Source: Daphnia carinata (lineage: Eukaryota). From it: a DNA stretch of 64,000 bases. The stretch covers positions 7,750,001 to 7,814,000 of the forward strand of contig NC_081331.1 in assembly GCF_022539665.2 (NCBI RefSeq), written 5' to 3'. The notes under the pieces were generated by a model, which was given only the letters and a program-made list of their open reading frames with translations, was not told where the DNA came from and did no database searches. The position numbers were made by a program, and so were the translations under genes. The number at the start of each line of letters is the position of its first letter. Position 1 is the stretch's first letter. Shown one piece after another: positions 12,621 to 25,146 of the stretch.

Positions 12621-15071
12621 CATGCGCGCCGAGTTCGACATTTCCAAAGAAGTAAATTTAACCCTTACTGACACAAGTTCAAATTTTATTGAAGGCATTT
12701 AATAATGTCACTAGAAGCAAACAAAGAATCTCAAAGGTGATAATGACCTTTTCAATGGGGAAGATGAGGAGGATGTTGTGTACATCGAAATCGGAGAGAC
12801 CTTGGAGCGTCATGTGGCGATAAATTTAAAGAACCAGCTAACATTGAAGGAAGAAACTTTTTATCATTTTCTAATGGAGCAGAGGAAGGTAGAGATAACA
12901 GTAATGAATTGGACACAGGCCAATTGACGATATTGGATCTGACCAAGCAATTTACGAAGACAAGGACCTTTTCAGCTTTCCCTTCGTATGCGAAGCACTT
13001 GCCACGTACTGAACTTCATCGCCACCACGGAATATGGAAAAAATGCCTAACCATCAATTCGTAAAAATAGCAAAAATAACTTTATTTCAAGTTGCAAAGC
13101 ATTTGGAACAAAAATCAGCGTAGCTCGCTGACATCGGATCTTTTCAAGTCTAAATTAGACGAACTTCTTGTAATCAACAATGCTACCAGATGGATTTGCT
13201 ACTATTATGGGTTGGTCACAGCAGAACATTTTTTCGACAAAAAAGATAATGCGCTGATTTTCGACCATTTAAAAATTCCTAAACTGACTGCTGTTGAAAA
13301 AAAAGCTCTTAAAAGAATTTGTTCGGGTGATGAAACTCCTTGCACAAGCCCTAGATATATTCCAAAACAAAATGTCAATTGGATGTGTGCTGAAATTGTA
13401 ACGTTACTGAAAGAAAAGCTGATTGGCATGGAGGAAGACAGAAGCACCGATCATTGTATTCCTCATTTTGCCTGCTTACTGACTAGTATTAGTGCAAGCT
13501 TTAATCATCTTTTGTGCAACAACCATTTAAGATTGGCATGTCTATCTAATCCTAATTTCAAACTTTCTTGGGTCCGAGACGAAGAAATCAAGGTAATTTA
13601 TCAAGCCCTTCTCAAGAACGAGGTTAACGTACGAACTGCTGCCATAGTAGAACAGTCAGTTTTTAATTATTTCTCATTCCTTCTCTAGCCTCTTTGAATA
13701 ACCATTTTTTCGTACAGGAACGATAATGGATGATAGTTCACCGAGTAAAAAACGATCAAGCCGTAAAACTTTTTTCAGTGCAGTAAAGAAGAGAGCATCG
13801 ATCGTTAGTTAACGAGGCAGATCATTTTTTAAATGATGGATGTGGATCCGTTAAATCCTCTCATAAGGACTTAGATCGTTTCCAAATCATTACGACAGTT
13901 TTTGTGTAAATTTCTACCTAAGAAGTTCTAACCTTGTAGCGTATTGTTATCTATTAGCCTGTTATGTTTTAGATAATTTTTTTCGTATAAAGTAGCGAAT
14001 TCAACAGCGCATTACCATCCTCCATTGCTTGTGAGCGCCTCTTTAGTACTGCAGGATGCGTCTGTGTACCGAAGCGAATCCATTTGTCCAGTGCCGTCTT
14101 TACCCTTAGGCCGGTAAGGCCGGTGCTGGGGGGCCAGGGCAAACGAGGGGCCAAACGTCCAGGGTATTAAAAAAATCAGGCTACGGTTTTAAATCTCAAC
14201 GCCGCCGCTTCCTATCTGTGGCACGATGGGTAGGGTGGCAAACTGGCTAGGGTGGCATTGGTAGGGTGGCAATGGCTCAAGGCTCAACATTTGACCTTCA
14301 ACCAGTAACAACGTTTCACAACGTTTGAAGTCTTGGTTCGTGCTTGCCAGTTGCCTCGTTGGTTCTGGCGTGGTTTTACCAACGTAATAATAATGAGTGG
14401 GTTAAATTTAAATAAACGAAAATCTGGTGGTGCGCGTCGTAAGGATGCAGTTGAAAAACAAAAAAAAAATGAATATTTGCTAGCTGCTACTCCTAAGTTG
14501 ATGACTTATTTTAAACCAAGAGAGATTGCTGCTAATGCTGCGGGTGAAAATGCTGGTGAATGTGGTGATGAAGACACGACGAAGTTGAATGAGGCTGAGG
14601 GGAAAGATAATAGTGGTGAATGTGCTTCTGATTTGGATTTGGGTGAGGAAGAAATCACGTCGGGGCCGGAAGAACAAAAAGAAAAAAAACCAAAAAGGTT
14701 TTCTACTGACCCGTCTGATTGGGATCGTCATAACCACGAACTGGTCGCATTTGTTATTGATACATCAAACCCTCGAAATTTGGATCCTTCTAAATTTGAC
14801 TTTACAAGTTCCGATAAGCGGGAACCGTCGGGAAAAGTGAGACGAGCCTGTTGAAATATATGATATATATTCCTTCAAACCTATTATAACCCATCTGGCG
14901 ATGCTGTATTCGTATCCCCTTTTCTTTGCTCTGCTCTCCCCTTATAATTCAGACGAACTGTATGTGTGTTTTACTACTTGGCTTGTCGACCGCATGTGCG
15001 GAGTAAAATCTCAAATAAAGAAGTACCAACGAAGTGTCAGCAGTTAAGTAATTTGTTAATTAAACCCAACA

Positions 15072-15085
15072 GGTTATGGGCCCAG
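15072..15085 (+). promoter_or_regulatory. Copia primer-binding site
   Basis: GGTTATGGGCCCAG immediately after the LTR, the copia-type PBS complementary to an internal part of initiator tRNA-Met. Confidence 0.88.
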
Positions 15086-15178
15086 GTTTGACTAAGGTAT
15101 ATCTGATTAAAATAACAAAGCTGCGTATTCAAATCTATTAACCAACACTGAACATCATATTCTTTAACAGAATCAAAG

Positions 15179-18100
15179 ATGGCTTCCGGAAATTTTTCTG
15201 CGAAAGATATTTCTCATTGTACTAAGTTTGATGGGAAGAGCTTCAGCTTCTGGAAATCAAGAGTTAGTTTTGTTCTTGAAAGCTACGAACTACTTGATGT
15301 TGTAGATGGGTCAGAACTTGAACCTTCACCTATCGCAGCCCTAGCTGACAACTCAAATGCAGCTAGTGTTATACAGCTCGAGTCACAATCATCAAACAAT
15401 GGAAGAAGCGTGATGTGACTGCTCGCAATCTCATGTTGTCCTCCCTTGATGACAAATGTCAACTGACTGTGATATGTTGTCAGACTGCAAGCCAGATGTG
15501 GAATCGATTGAAATCCCAATTTGAACTTACTTCTCGAGAAAACAGCCACATTCTGCTGGAGAGTTTCATGAGCTACAAGTATGAAGCAGGACACAACATG
15601 ATGAGTCACATCTCTACTATTGAATCACTGGCAAGAAAGTTAAATGACATTACGAAGATCCTCATGTCCCTACCAACAAGCTACAGGTCATTCTTGACCG
15701 CATGGAACAACATCTGTGATGAAGATAAGAAAACTCTTAGAATTCTCGAAGTTCGTCTTCTGGCAGAAGAGAACATGGACAAGATGGCCAGCCTAACTGT
15801 CAAAGAACAAGACGATGCGGCACTCTGGGCAGCTCACAAGAAGACTAAATGGCAATCTCCATCTGAATCCAAAGGACAACAATCCAACTCAAAGACTGAA
15901 TCGGGAATTGACAAGAGGCCTCAATGTGACTTCTGCAAAAGGGGGAAATACAGGTCAAATCACCGGGAAGAAAACTGCTGGAGAAAAGAGATGTATGAAA
16001 AAGGGAAACGCGATGCAGCAGGAGAAACAGCTCTCGCCGCCAATTCTGTTCGTGCCAAAGAGACTACTCCTAATGTGAATGATGCCAAGCAAGTAAAGAT
16101 ATCTGACGTCGATTATGCTTTTTACTCAACCATTTTTGATCGGAACAACAAGCACTGGTATGCTGATTCCGGCGCCACTCAGCATATGACGGATCAGAGA
16201 TCAGCCTTTGTAACGTTTGAACCAATTCAACCTGGAACACGTGCCATCAGAGGCATTGGGAAGGATAACTTACCAGTGTTCGCGCTTGGTGTTGGAGATA
16301 TAAAAATCAGAACAAGAGTCGGCGGTGTCTGGAACGAAGGCGTAATCCATGCTGCACTATTTGCTCCAAACCTAGGAGGAAGTCTTTTCTCCCTTTCAGC
16401 AGCCCCCGAACGTGGAATTAAAGCTATTTTTGAAAAAGAGCACGTGATCTTTATGAAAAAGGAAAAGATTGTTGCAACTGCATCCCGCGTTAGTCAGAGG
16501 CTGTACCTCATGGACATGGAGACGGTTACACAAAAACTCGAAGACGGTGCCCTTCTTGCACGAGAAGCCTCGCTTCAAGTATGGCATGAGCGCCTGGGAC
16601 ATGTCAGTCACAAAACGATCAAGAAAATGTTTAAATCGAATCTAGCGGACGGCCTACTCATCGACAAGAGTTCTAATGTTCCATCACCATGTGAGGGTTG
16701 CATCATGGGAAAACAACATCGCCTTCCCTTCCCAACTGTTGGAAGAACCAGAGCCTCCAGAATTGGAGAGTTGGTTCACAGCGACGTGTGTGGGCCAATG
16801 AAAACATCATCGCTTGCTGGATCTTTCTATTTTGTTACGTTCCGCGATGACTTCACTGGATATGGTGTGGTCAACTTCATGAAAAAGAAATCAGAAACCT
16901 TCTGTCATCTGAAGACCTATGCAGCCAAATTAGAAAACGAGACGGGACATTCCATTACCACGCTTCGATCGGATAATGGCGGCGAGTATCTAAGTAATGA
17001 ATCTAAAGCATGGTTGAAAACAAAAGGTATCCGCCATGAGAGCAGCGCTCCAAAGACTCCCGAGCAAAACGGAGTAGCTGAACGGTACAACCGTACTATC
17101 CTTGAATCATTCAGAAGTATGCTCCACTCGTCTAAACTTGGACTTCAGTTTTGGGCCGAAGCAACAGCGTGCGCCGTATACCTTCTCAACCGAGTTCTGT
17201 GTTCTGCAATGGAATCCAAGACTCCATCCGAGGGATGGCATGGAAGAAAATCGAATCTCTCTCATCTCCAAATATTTGGAAGTGTAGCCTACATGCACGT
17301 CCCGAAGGATGAGCGCACTAAACTCGACTCTAAAAGTCTAAAATGTGTATTCGTGGGCTATTGTGAAACTCAGAAGGCTTTCCGTCTCTTTGATCCATCA
17401 ACAAAGAAAGTTAAGATTTCTAGAGACGTTATCTTTGGTGAAGAGCCTGATCAAGATCAGGCCGGTGGAATTATGCCACTTATCTCTGACCTGCTGTCAG
17501 ACACTGATTGGGAAAACGGAGAGGGCGGGGGTGCAATAGCACCCACTGGACGTGCCGCCGAGCCCGTTCCTGATGTAAGTGAATCGGCAGCAGACGGTGA
17601 TCGGCAGTCTGAAACTATTGACGATCAATTCCATCGTCGTGATGACGAAGAACCTTTTTATGGTTTCGAATCACCGGCCAGAACTCAACCTCAGTGTCAA
17701 GGTATGGAACAAATCAATCAGTTCCCACCTCCAATCAGATCTCCAAGGATTCGTAAACCGGTGAGGCGTCTAATTGAAGACCAAAATTTCCTGAGTGTCT
17801 ATGATGGTGCCCTTCTTAGTCTTGAGTTAGACGAGCCCAAGTCATTCAAAGAGGCCATTTCGTCTCCACAGTCAGAAGAATGGAAAGCTGCAATGCAGGA
17901 AGAAATTGACTCCCTTAATATTCATGGAACATGGCGTTTGGAAGAACTTCCACCAGGTCGGCGCACAGTGAAGAACAAATGGCTGTTCAAAATCAAGCGT
18001 GATGCTGACGGAAGGGCAACTCGCTTTAAAGCTCGATTAGTCGCAAAAGGATTCTCACAGAGAGAAGGGATTGACTACGATCAAACTTATGCCCCAGTTG

Positions 18101-19395
18101 TTCGACACGAGTCAGTGCGCACAGTTTTGGCAGTAGCAGCAGCGCGTAACCTCGAAATAATGCAGCTGGATGTAAAAACTGCGTTTTTGCACGGTGATCA
18201 CATTGAAGAAATTTATATGGACCAGCCTCAAGGTTTCCGTTCACCCATTCACCCGACTAAAGTTTGCAGGCTACAGAAGAGCCTTTATGGATTGAAGCAG
18301 GCGTCGCGTTCATGGAACGAGAAATTCAACAGTTTCCTGGTCTTGTTTGGATTTAGTCGAAGCACTGCAGACTCCTGCATTTATTTCCGTGAAGATCAAG
18401 ATGGAGTGCTCATCCTAGCCATCTGGGTGGATGATGGTCTGCTCTGTGGAACTCATCAAAACGGACTCGCAAAAGTCATAAACTATCTGCGCGACCAACT
18501 TGAAATCACTTGTGATGTTGCAAATTTCTTTATCGGGATTAAGATTGCAAGAGACCGTCCAACTCTAACTATCACTCTATCCCAAGAGCAGTACATTCGA
18601 CGGATGCTGGATCGATTCGGGCTAATGAACTGTAATTCAAAAATTGTTCCTGCTGATCCGTTCACAGATCTCTCGGCTGCAACCTTTGGAGAAGGGGAAA
18701 ATATACAAGAATTCGACCAGTCAACTTACCAAGAAGCAGTGGGGACTTTAATGTATCTTATGGTCTGCACTCGCCCAGATATTGCCTACGCCGTTGGCAA
18801 AGTAGCGCAACATTGCTGCAAGCCATTGACCGCACATTGGACTGCTGTCAGAAGAATCATGATGTATTTGAAGGGCACTGCAAGCTATGGAATCTCTTAC
18901 CATGCCACTGGATCACCTGATCTGTTGCTGTCATACTCAGACTCTGACTACGCTGGAGACGTACAATCGCGCCGTTCAACCACTGGCTATCTTTTATTGT
19001 TTCATGGAGGACCAATAACATGGGCTAGTCGTCGACAATCCTGCGTGTCGCTCTCAACCACTGAGGCGGAGTACGTCGCGATGTGTGAGGCCACTAAAGA
19101 AGTCACCTGGATGCGGAGACTCCACAGTATTGGTGTTTCTCAAATCAAGCCAACAACACTACTATGTGATAACCAAGGAGCCATCAAGCTGGTGTCGAAC
19201 GCAGAATTTCATCGCAGAACCAAACACATTGATGTCAAGTTCCACTACATTCGAGAGCAGTACCAGAGAGAAATCGTTGCAGTCAACTACGTGGGAACGA
19301 AGGACCAACTGGCCGACATCCTAACTAAGGCGCTGGGCGGACCGTTTTTTCAAGACATGCGGAAGAGGATTGGTGTGATTGATATTTCGGTTTGA
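15179..19395 (+). CDS. Copia gag-pol polyprotein (gag, PR, IN, RT, RNase H), one frameshift in gag near 15390
   Basis: KFDGKSFSFWK, knuckle CDFC...H...C, WYADSGAT, WHERLGH, HSDVCGP, RSDNGGEY, QNGVAER, KARLVAKGFSQ, LYGLKQASRSW, WVDDGL, SDSDYAG, ADILTK. Integrase precedes RT, the Copia order. Confidence 0.96.
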
Positions 19396-22263
19396 GTGGG
19401 GATGTTGAAATATATGATATATATTCCTTCAAACCTATTATAACCCATCTGGCGATGCTGTATTCGTATCCCCTTTTCTTTGCTCTGCTCTCCCCTTATA
19501 ATTCAGACGAACTGTATGTGTGTTTTACTACTTGGCTTGTCGACCGCATGTGCGGAGTAAAATCTCAAATAAAGAAGTACCAACGAAGTGTCAGCAGTTA
19601 AGTAATTTGTCAATTAAACTCAACAGAGCCAACGTGGATCTTTTTCTACCGTAAGCTAGTAAACGGAGAGAAGAAACCACGTGATTGGTTGGAGTTTTCA
19701 AAGCGAAATGGAAGTCTGTACTGTGTGCCATGTTTTTTCTTTGGTGAAGAACGCAAGTCTTCTTTAGCTGGAAAAGAAGGATTTCGTGATTGGAAGAACG
19801 CCAGCAAGGCCATTAGTGATCACGAACGGTCATCGGACCATAGTCATGCCATTTCTACCTTTGTCAACCGTCGCGAACCTCAAGGCAAGATTGATGCAGA
19901 CTTTATCAGACAAGCGCGAATTCATCAAGATTATTGGAGGGAATTCCTACACCGGTCAGTGGACGTCATAAAATTTCTTTCTTCCCGTGGATTGGCTTTT
20001 CGCGGATCTAACCAGCAACTCGGATCGGTTCACAACGGAAACTATCTCGGTCTATTGGAACTATTAGCTCTACACGATGCCTTTTTGGCAAAGCACTTGG
20101 CGAGTTACGGCAACAAGGGCAAAGGTAACACCTCATACCTCTCCGCCAACATCTGCGAAGAGTTCATTCAACTTCTTGCTGAAAAGGTGGAAGCTTATAT
20201 AGTTGAGGAGTTGAAAGAAGCTAAGTACTATTCAGTCATCGTTGATTCCACCCCAGATGTGTCGCACACCGACCAACTGTGTTTTGTTCTGCGCTACGTG
20301 CTGCCGGATGGAGCGCCAGTCGAACGTTTCCTCGGATTCCTACCAATGCATGGCCACACCGCTCTACAGATGTTCGATATGGTGACGGATAAGTTGAACA
20401 GGCTCGGAATTCCGATAGAAGACCTTCGCGGGCAATCGTACGATAATGCTAGCAACATGTCGGGCATCTACACTGGACTGCAAGCTAGGATTAAGGCCGT
20501 CAATCCTCAGGCAGAGTATGTGCCATGCAGTGGTCATTCTCTGAACCTAGCCGGAACCAGCGCGGCCGAATCATGTGCTACAGCCGTTAACTTCTTCAGT
20601 TTTTTGCAAGAACTCTTCAATTTCTTGTCAGGATCGACGCATCGTTGGGCTGTTCTACTAGACATCCTACGAGCAAGTAAGAAGAAGGGGTTTAAAGTTC
20701 CTAAGAGTCTCTCCCAGACCCGCTGGTCTGCTCGTGCTGACGCTGTCATTGCCTTGAAAGAGGGCTATCCAGAATTTAAATCCGCATTAATAGGGATTGC
20801 AGCTGATTCAACTCAAACTCCAAGAACCAGAGCGGAAGCCAATGGACTTATCCAAAAGTTCAACAAACTCGAAACAGCCGTGCTGACAGTAATTTGGGCC
20901 ACGGTATTGGAACGCGTAAACAAAGTCAACAAGCAGCTGCAATCCGTAGCAATTGACCTTGGCATTGTAGTAGAGCTCTATTCTTCGCTTGTTGCATTTA
21001 CTAAAGAGGTCCGAGACAACTATGACAATTACGAAAAACAGGCTGTGGAACTGGTTGGAATGGAGATGGGGTCACTTGTCTACTCTGCTGATGAATGCCG
21101 ACAGCGGACCCGCAAGCGACACCATGATGAAATGGACAGTGCTTCTGACACCACTTTTACGGGCCGTACTAAGATGATCGCTGAAGTCAACATCATGCTG
21201 GATCAACTAACAGCAGAGCTCCGACGAAGGCAACAAGCCTATTCGCAACTACACGCCCGTTTTGGATTTCTTACGATGCTCCCCGACTTGGACGCAAGAG
21301 CCATCACTTCTCAAGCACAAAATCTTGTTAACCATTATCCTAATGACATTGAGCAGTGTTTCCCGAATGAATGCCTTCAGTTCAAGAGTTTCGTTCCTCC
21401 ACACATCGGTGAAGGGCTAAAGAAGCGGAAGCCAAGCGGGCTGGACCTAATCCGGATCATGCGAGAAAAGAAACTGCAAGCGATTTCTCCAAATGTAGAT
21501 ATAGTCCTTCGAATATTCCTCTCCACAGCTGTTACGAATTGCTCCGGCGAGCGATCCTTCTCCACTTTAAAACTGATCAAAAACTATCTACGGTCTACCA
21601 TGGTCCAACAACGATTATCAGCACTTGCGCTTCTTCAAATTGAAAACGTTATTTTGAATTTCATTGACGTGGAGGGTGTTATTAATTTATTTTCTGCTTC
21701 AAAATGCCGCCGAAAGTGCTAAACTGTTAACTGATAACTCAACTGATAAATGATCATTGCTTTTGTTTCTTAACGATAATCTTATAAAATTATATTAACT
21801 GCTAATACACCAAGAATCGTGTGTTTTTTACTCACCAAAAAAGGCCAAAAATCCATGGATGGCCTAGGGTCCACTAAAAGTAAAAGACGGCACTGCATTT
21901 GTCGGATTCCAATTTCGATAAACTGGTCTTCATGAAACACAACGGCGTGTACTCTAGAAATTGGAGAAGTTCGGCATCGAAAACTCACCAAAAATGATTT
22001 GTGTAAGTGAGTTAGTAAAAAAATATACTGTTGGCACACCAGTTTTAATGTGTTCGAATTGCTTTAAATGAGCTTAGGCGAAGCTCAACTTTTTTTTTAC
22101 GAAAAGTGTGCTCTGGTCGGCCAGATTTGATGTTAACAGCCAGCTGCTATAAAGGTAAACGACAACACTAAGATGGAATTTATTACACGTATTCCATATG
22201 GGACGTTAGTTATTTTCTTCTTGGGTTGGTAACTCCTTTCTATTGCCACCTTCTGGATAAGGC

Positions 22264-22420
22264 CAGACTTGCCGCGACAGCGATCGAAAATTGATCGCTA
22301 TCCCAGTCACGATCTAAAAATTCTTTGCCGATTCGATCATTGGAGATTTATTGGCGATTGGATCGACAATCTCAAAAATTGATCGCGATCATTTTTAGCG
22401 AGCAAATGTTTTGCCATCTA
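22264..22420. repeat. GATCG-rich subterminal array, probable DNA-transposon end
   Basis: Begins CAGACTTGCC and is followed by many CGATCG/GATCGC units. No partner end identified. Confidence 0.4.
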
Positions 22421-23909
22421 GCGGTAAATTGATTAGCCGCATGGGAGGGTTTTATTAGTATTGCTATGGAATGCCAATTTGCAGATACAGTTTAGTATTC
22501 CCTCGTATTTGTAAAATATACTAAATACATTAAACTCAACAAGGTTTTAACACGAGATGTCGAAAAATGATCGCTGATCAAAACAAAACAATTTATCTGA
22601 GCAGAGAGTCTGGATAAGATTGACAGCGCCTGGCTAAACATCTGGGTACAAGGCAATGGGAACCCAGTTGGAAATCAGGTAATCGAACTGGTTTTGAATT
22701 TTCTGTATCCACTTGAAACTCGAATAGGTCCTGGGCACAAAAACAGAAGAACTGCTACCCACCGATACAATTTTGAAGCCAAAAAGACCTATCCAGGAAG
22801 CGCAGGGTGAAAAAAGACAGCCCGCATACCGGCCTACCTGGTCTCAAAACCAAAATTACCCGCCTGATCAGCAAAAACCCAACATGGTCTCACTATATAT
22901 GTACTAAGTAGTACATAGTTGCAGATGCACTTTTTCTTATGGGGTAAGTCATAAACGCGCAGGGCGTTAGTCAATTGTTTTTTTTAATATTGTCTGCTTG
23001 GAGTTTTTCCACGCGGGAATCGTGATAGAACGTAGTTTTCCACGTGGAAATGTGGAAAAAGACACCTAAAATTGTAAATTAAATGAGAACCCATCAAATA
23101 ATTTTTTTTTTTTATTTTTCTTAGTTAATTTATAAGATTTTCTATCTAAGACGGAATATTGAAATTCTCTAGACACAAACAAAATGTAAATATGTACTTA
23201 TAATTACAATTTTTTACACTTATTTACACTTTTTAAAATTTGAACTTGGCGCGGTAAAAAAATGTCCGCCATAAGGGTTTATCAAAAGACACTTTTTCAA
23301 ACGTAATTTTTGGGGTTAAATATAGCATCTTAAAAGTAAACGTTTATAACAACTTGTTCCTGGAATCACCAGCAACAAAAAACTTATAATGATTATCCTG
23401 TTTTGACGAAGATTAAGCATCAAACAATCAATGCAAAGTTTTGTCTTTTTCACACACCCCCTCCCCTTTCTAAAATCATGAAATCCTTTAATAATTATTT
23501 ATGAGAAAAATAAACAGTCAAAATTGACAAATTTTGCATCAATCGATAGCTCTTATCAACAGCTATCTAATTCTCTGAAATTTATGCTAAATTTTCGGAA
23601 AAGGAAAAAGTTTAAGCGTAACATCTATTTTTTTGTTTTTATCAGTTGCGTCCATTAGAACCTTAGATCGAAAAACAACAATAACACATTTTGCCTTTAA
23701 GTTTTTTTCCCTTTGAAAATGTTGATAACAATTACACAAAAATAGATAGCCCTTATCAAAGGCCATTTACTATAATTAATGAACTAATTATTGTAATTAA
23801 TTTAGCTGACAAATAATTAATGAATTGTTTCTTTTATATTCTTTTATTTCAATTACCTCACCAATTGTACATATTCATTACATAAGCAGAATATATATAT
23901 AATGTATAT

Positions 23910-24556
23910 TGTAACGCGCACTTATGCACAAACTCGCAATGCGCTGGGGATATTATCCGTTTTGTAACAGGATTGAAACGTGCTTTAGGCCACCGGTTAG
24001 TCTCAATTGTTATTCTTCGGTCTGGTATTAGTCTAATACAGATCCGAAGTCTAACATGTCAGGCCCCGGCCCTCTACACTACACAAAAAAGGAAGAACAG
24101 TCGCACAGATACACTTAAACTTTCGAACCAACACCGCCCGAACAAACACGGATCGTCACCAAACTAACTTAATCCCGATAGACAAACTAAAACCGAATCT
24201 CTCTCTCTCTGAATCTCTCTTTCTTCTTCTTTTTAAAACCAACACTGCCCGCACAAACCAACGACCATCACCAAACTAGCTTGCACCGACCGACCAACTA
24301 AAGACCAGAGTTCCCCCTTCTTTTACTTCTCGTCCTACCATTTTATAAACTCACCTCCACCAACGCCATAATTACGAACTACTAATGTAAGATTGACGAC
24401 AATCATGTATCACTCCCGGGATCCATTTCCATTTCCGGATATTCGTCTATAACCCGACTACTCCCGAGGGTTTAGGGCGACATTCAAACGACTTCTTATT
24501 TCTATCTTAGTTCTTATTTCTTGGTCATAGGACTACCATTTTTTAATTTCGTTACA
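23910..24556. mobile_element. Solo LTR (647 bp, Gypsy-like)
   Basis: TGTAACG...CGTTACA termini with 4-bp TSD ATAT (23906-23909, 24557-24560). The flanks are TA-rich, so the TSD is weaker evidence. Confidence 0.8.
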
Positions 24557-25146
24557 ATATTATAGTATTGTATATATATAATAGTATAGTACATATATAA
24601 TAGTAATATATGTAAATATCTATATATAATTGTAACATAGATATCAGTATTTATATTGTACATATTACCTCATTGGAAAAATTTACATCAACCGCATTCA
24701 TATTATTTTAATTAATTTCATTAATTTAAAAGACATGCGCTACACGCATTATTGTTTAACTGGTTTAACTTTAGTGGTTTAACCACTAAGCAACCAAATC
24801 AAGGACCTAGTGGCGACAACGCACACTTTCTCCATATAGAAAACTGTAGGCGCGATTATGTACTAAGTAGTATACATATTGCCTCGCGACCAGCCTGCAA
24901 AAACCCCACCATAAGAAAACGAAGCTGTGTCTTGTATGGCTGTGACTCCGCCCATTCCATGGTTGTTTCCACGGCATACCATTCCATCTTCCAACGACGT
25001 GGTATTACCTCATCCGACATTACTTCTATTTTTTCTTGGGATCAAGTCAATCTTTTTATTATCCTGTGTGGAAAATCATATCTCTAGAAAAAGAAAAATT
25101 GCGTGCTTTAAAAAGAAAAAAAAAACGAAAACAGAAAAACAGAGAA

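Larger units (their letters stand above)
14849..19625 (+). mobile_element. Near full-length Ty1/Copia LTR retrotransposon (4777 bp)
   Basis: 223-bp TG...CA LTRs at 14849-15071 and 19403-19625, differing at 2 positions by my reading. 5-bp TSD GAGCC at 14844-14848 and 19626-19630. PBS GGTTATGGGCCCAG directly after the 5' LTR and a purine tract GAGTGGGGA before the 3' LTR. Confidence 0.98.
14393..21722 (+). pseudogene. hAT transposase (about 850 aa when rebuilt), interrupted by Copia and a +1 frameshift
   Basis: N-terminal part 14393-14848, C-terminal part 19631-21722. Motifs RDWLEFS..LYCVPC, GLAFRG, DSTPDVSH, GQSYDNASNMSG, CSGHSLNL, TRWSAR, NCSGERSFSTLKLIKNYLRSTM. The junction is out of frame by one base in the T-run near 19641-19645. 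Confidence 0.93.
14089..21895 (+). mobile_element. hAT DNA transposon (ZMYM1/TTF-type transposase) with both ends, carrying a Copia insertion
   Basis: 13-bp perfect TIRs CAGTGCCGTCTTT / AAAGACGGCACTG. 8-bp TSD CATTTGTC at 14081-14088 and 21896-21903. Three TAGGGTGGCA subterminal copies at 14231-14271. Confidence 0.96.
12622..21997 (+). pseudogene. Outer, older hAT transposase remnant, split by the element at 14089-21895
   Basis: Motifs TLTDTSSNF(..KAF), CHVLNFIATT, NNATRW, LSNPNFKLSW. The dimerisation domain FNSALPSSIACERLFSTAG...PKRIHLS continues in frame after the insertion as DSNFDKLVFMKHN. Confidence 0.88.
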
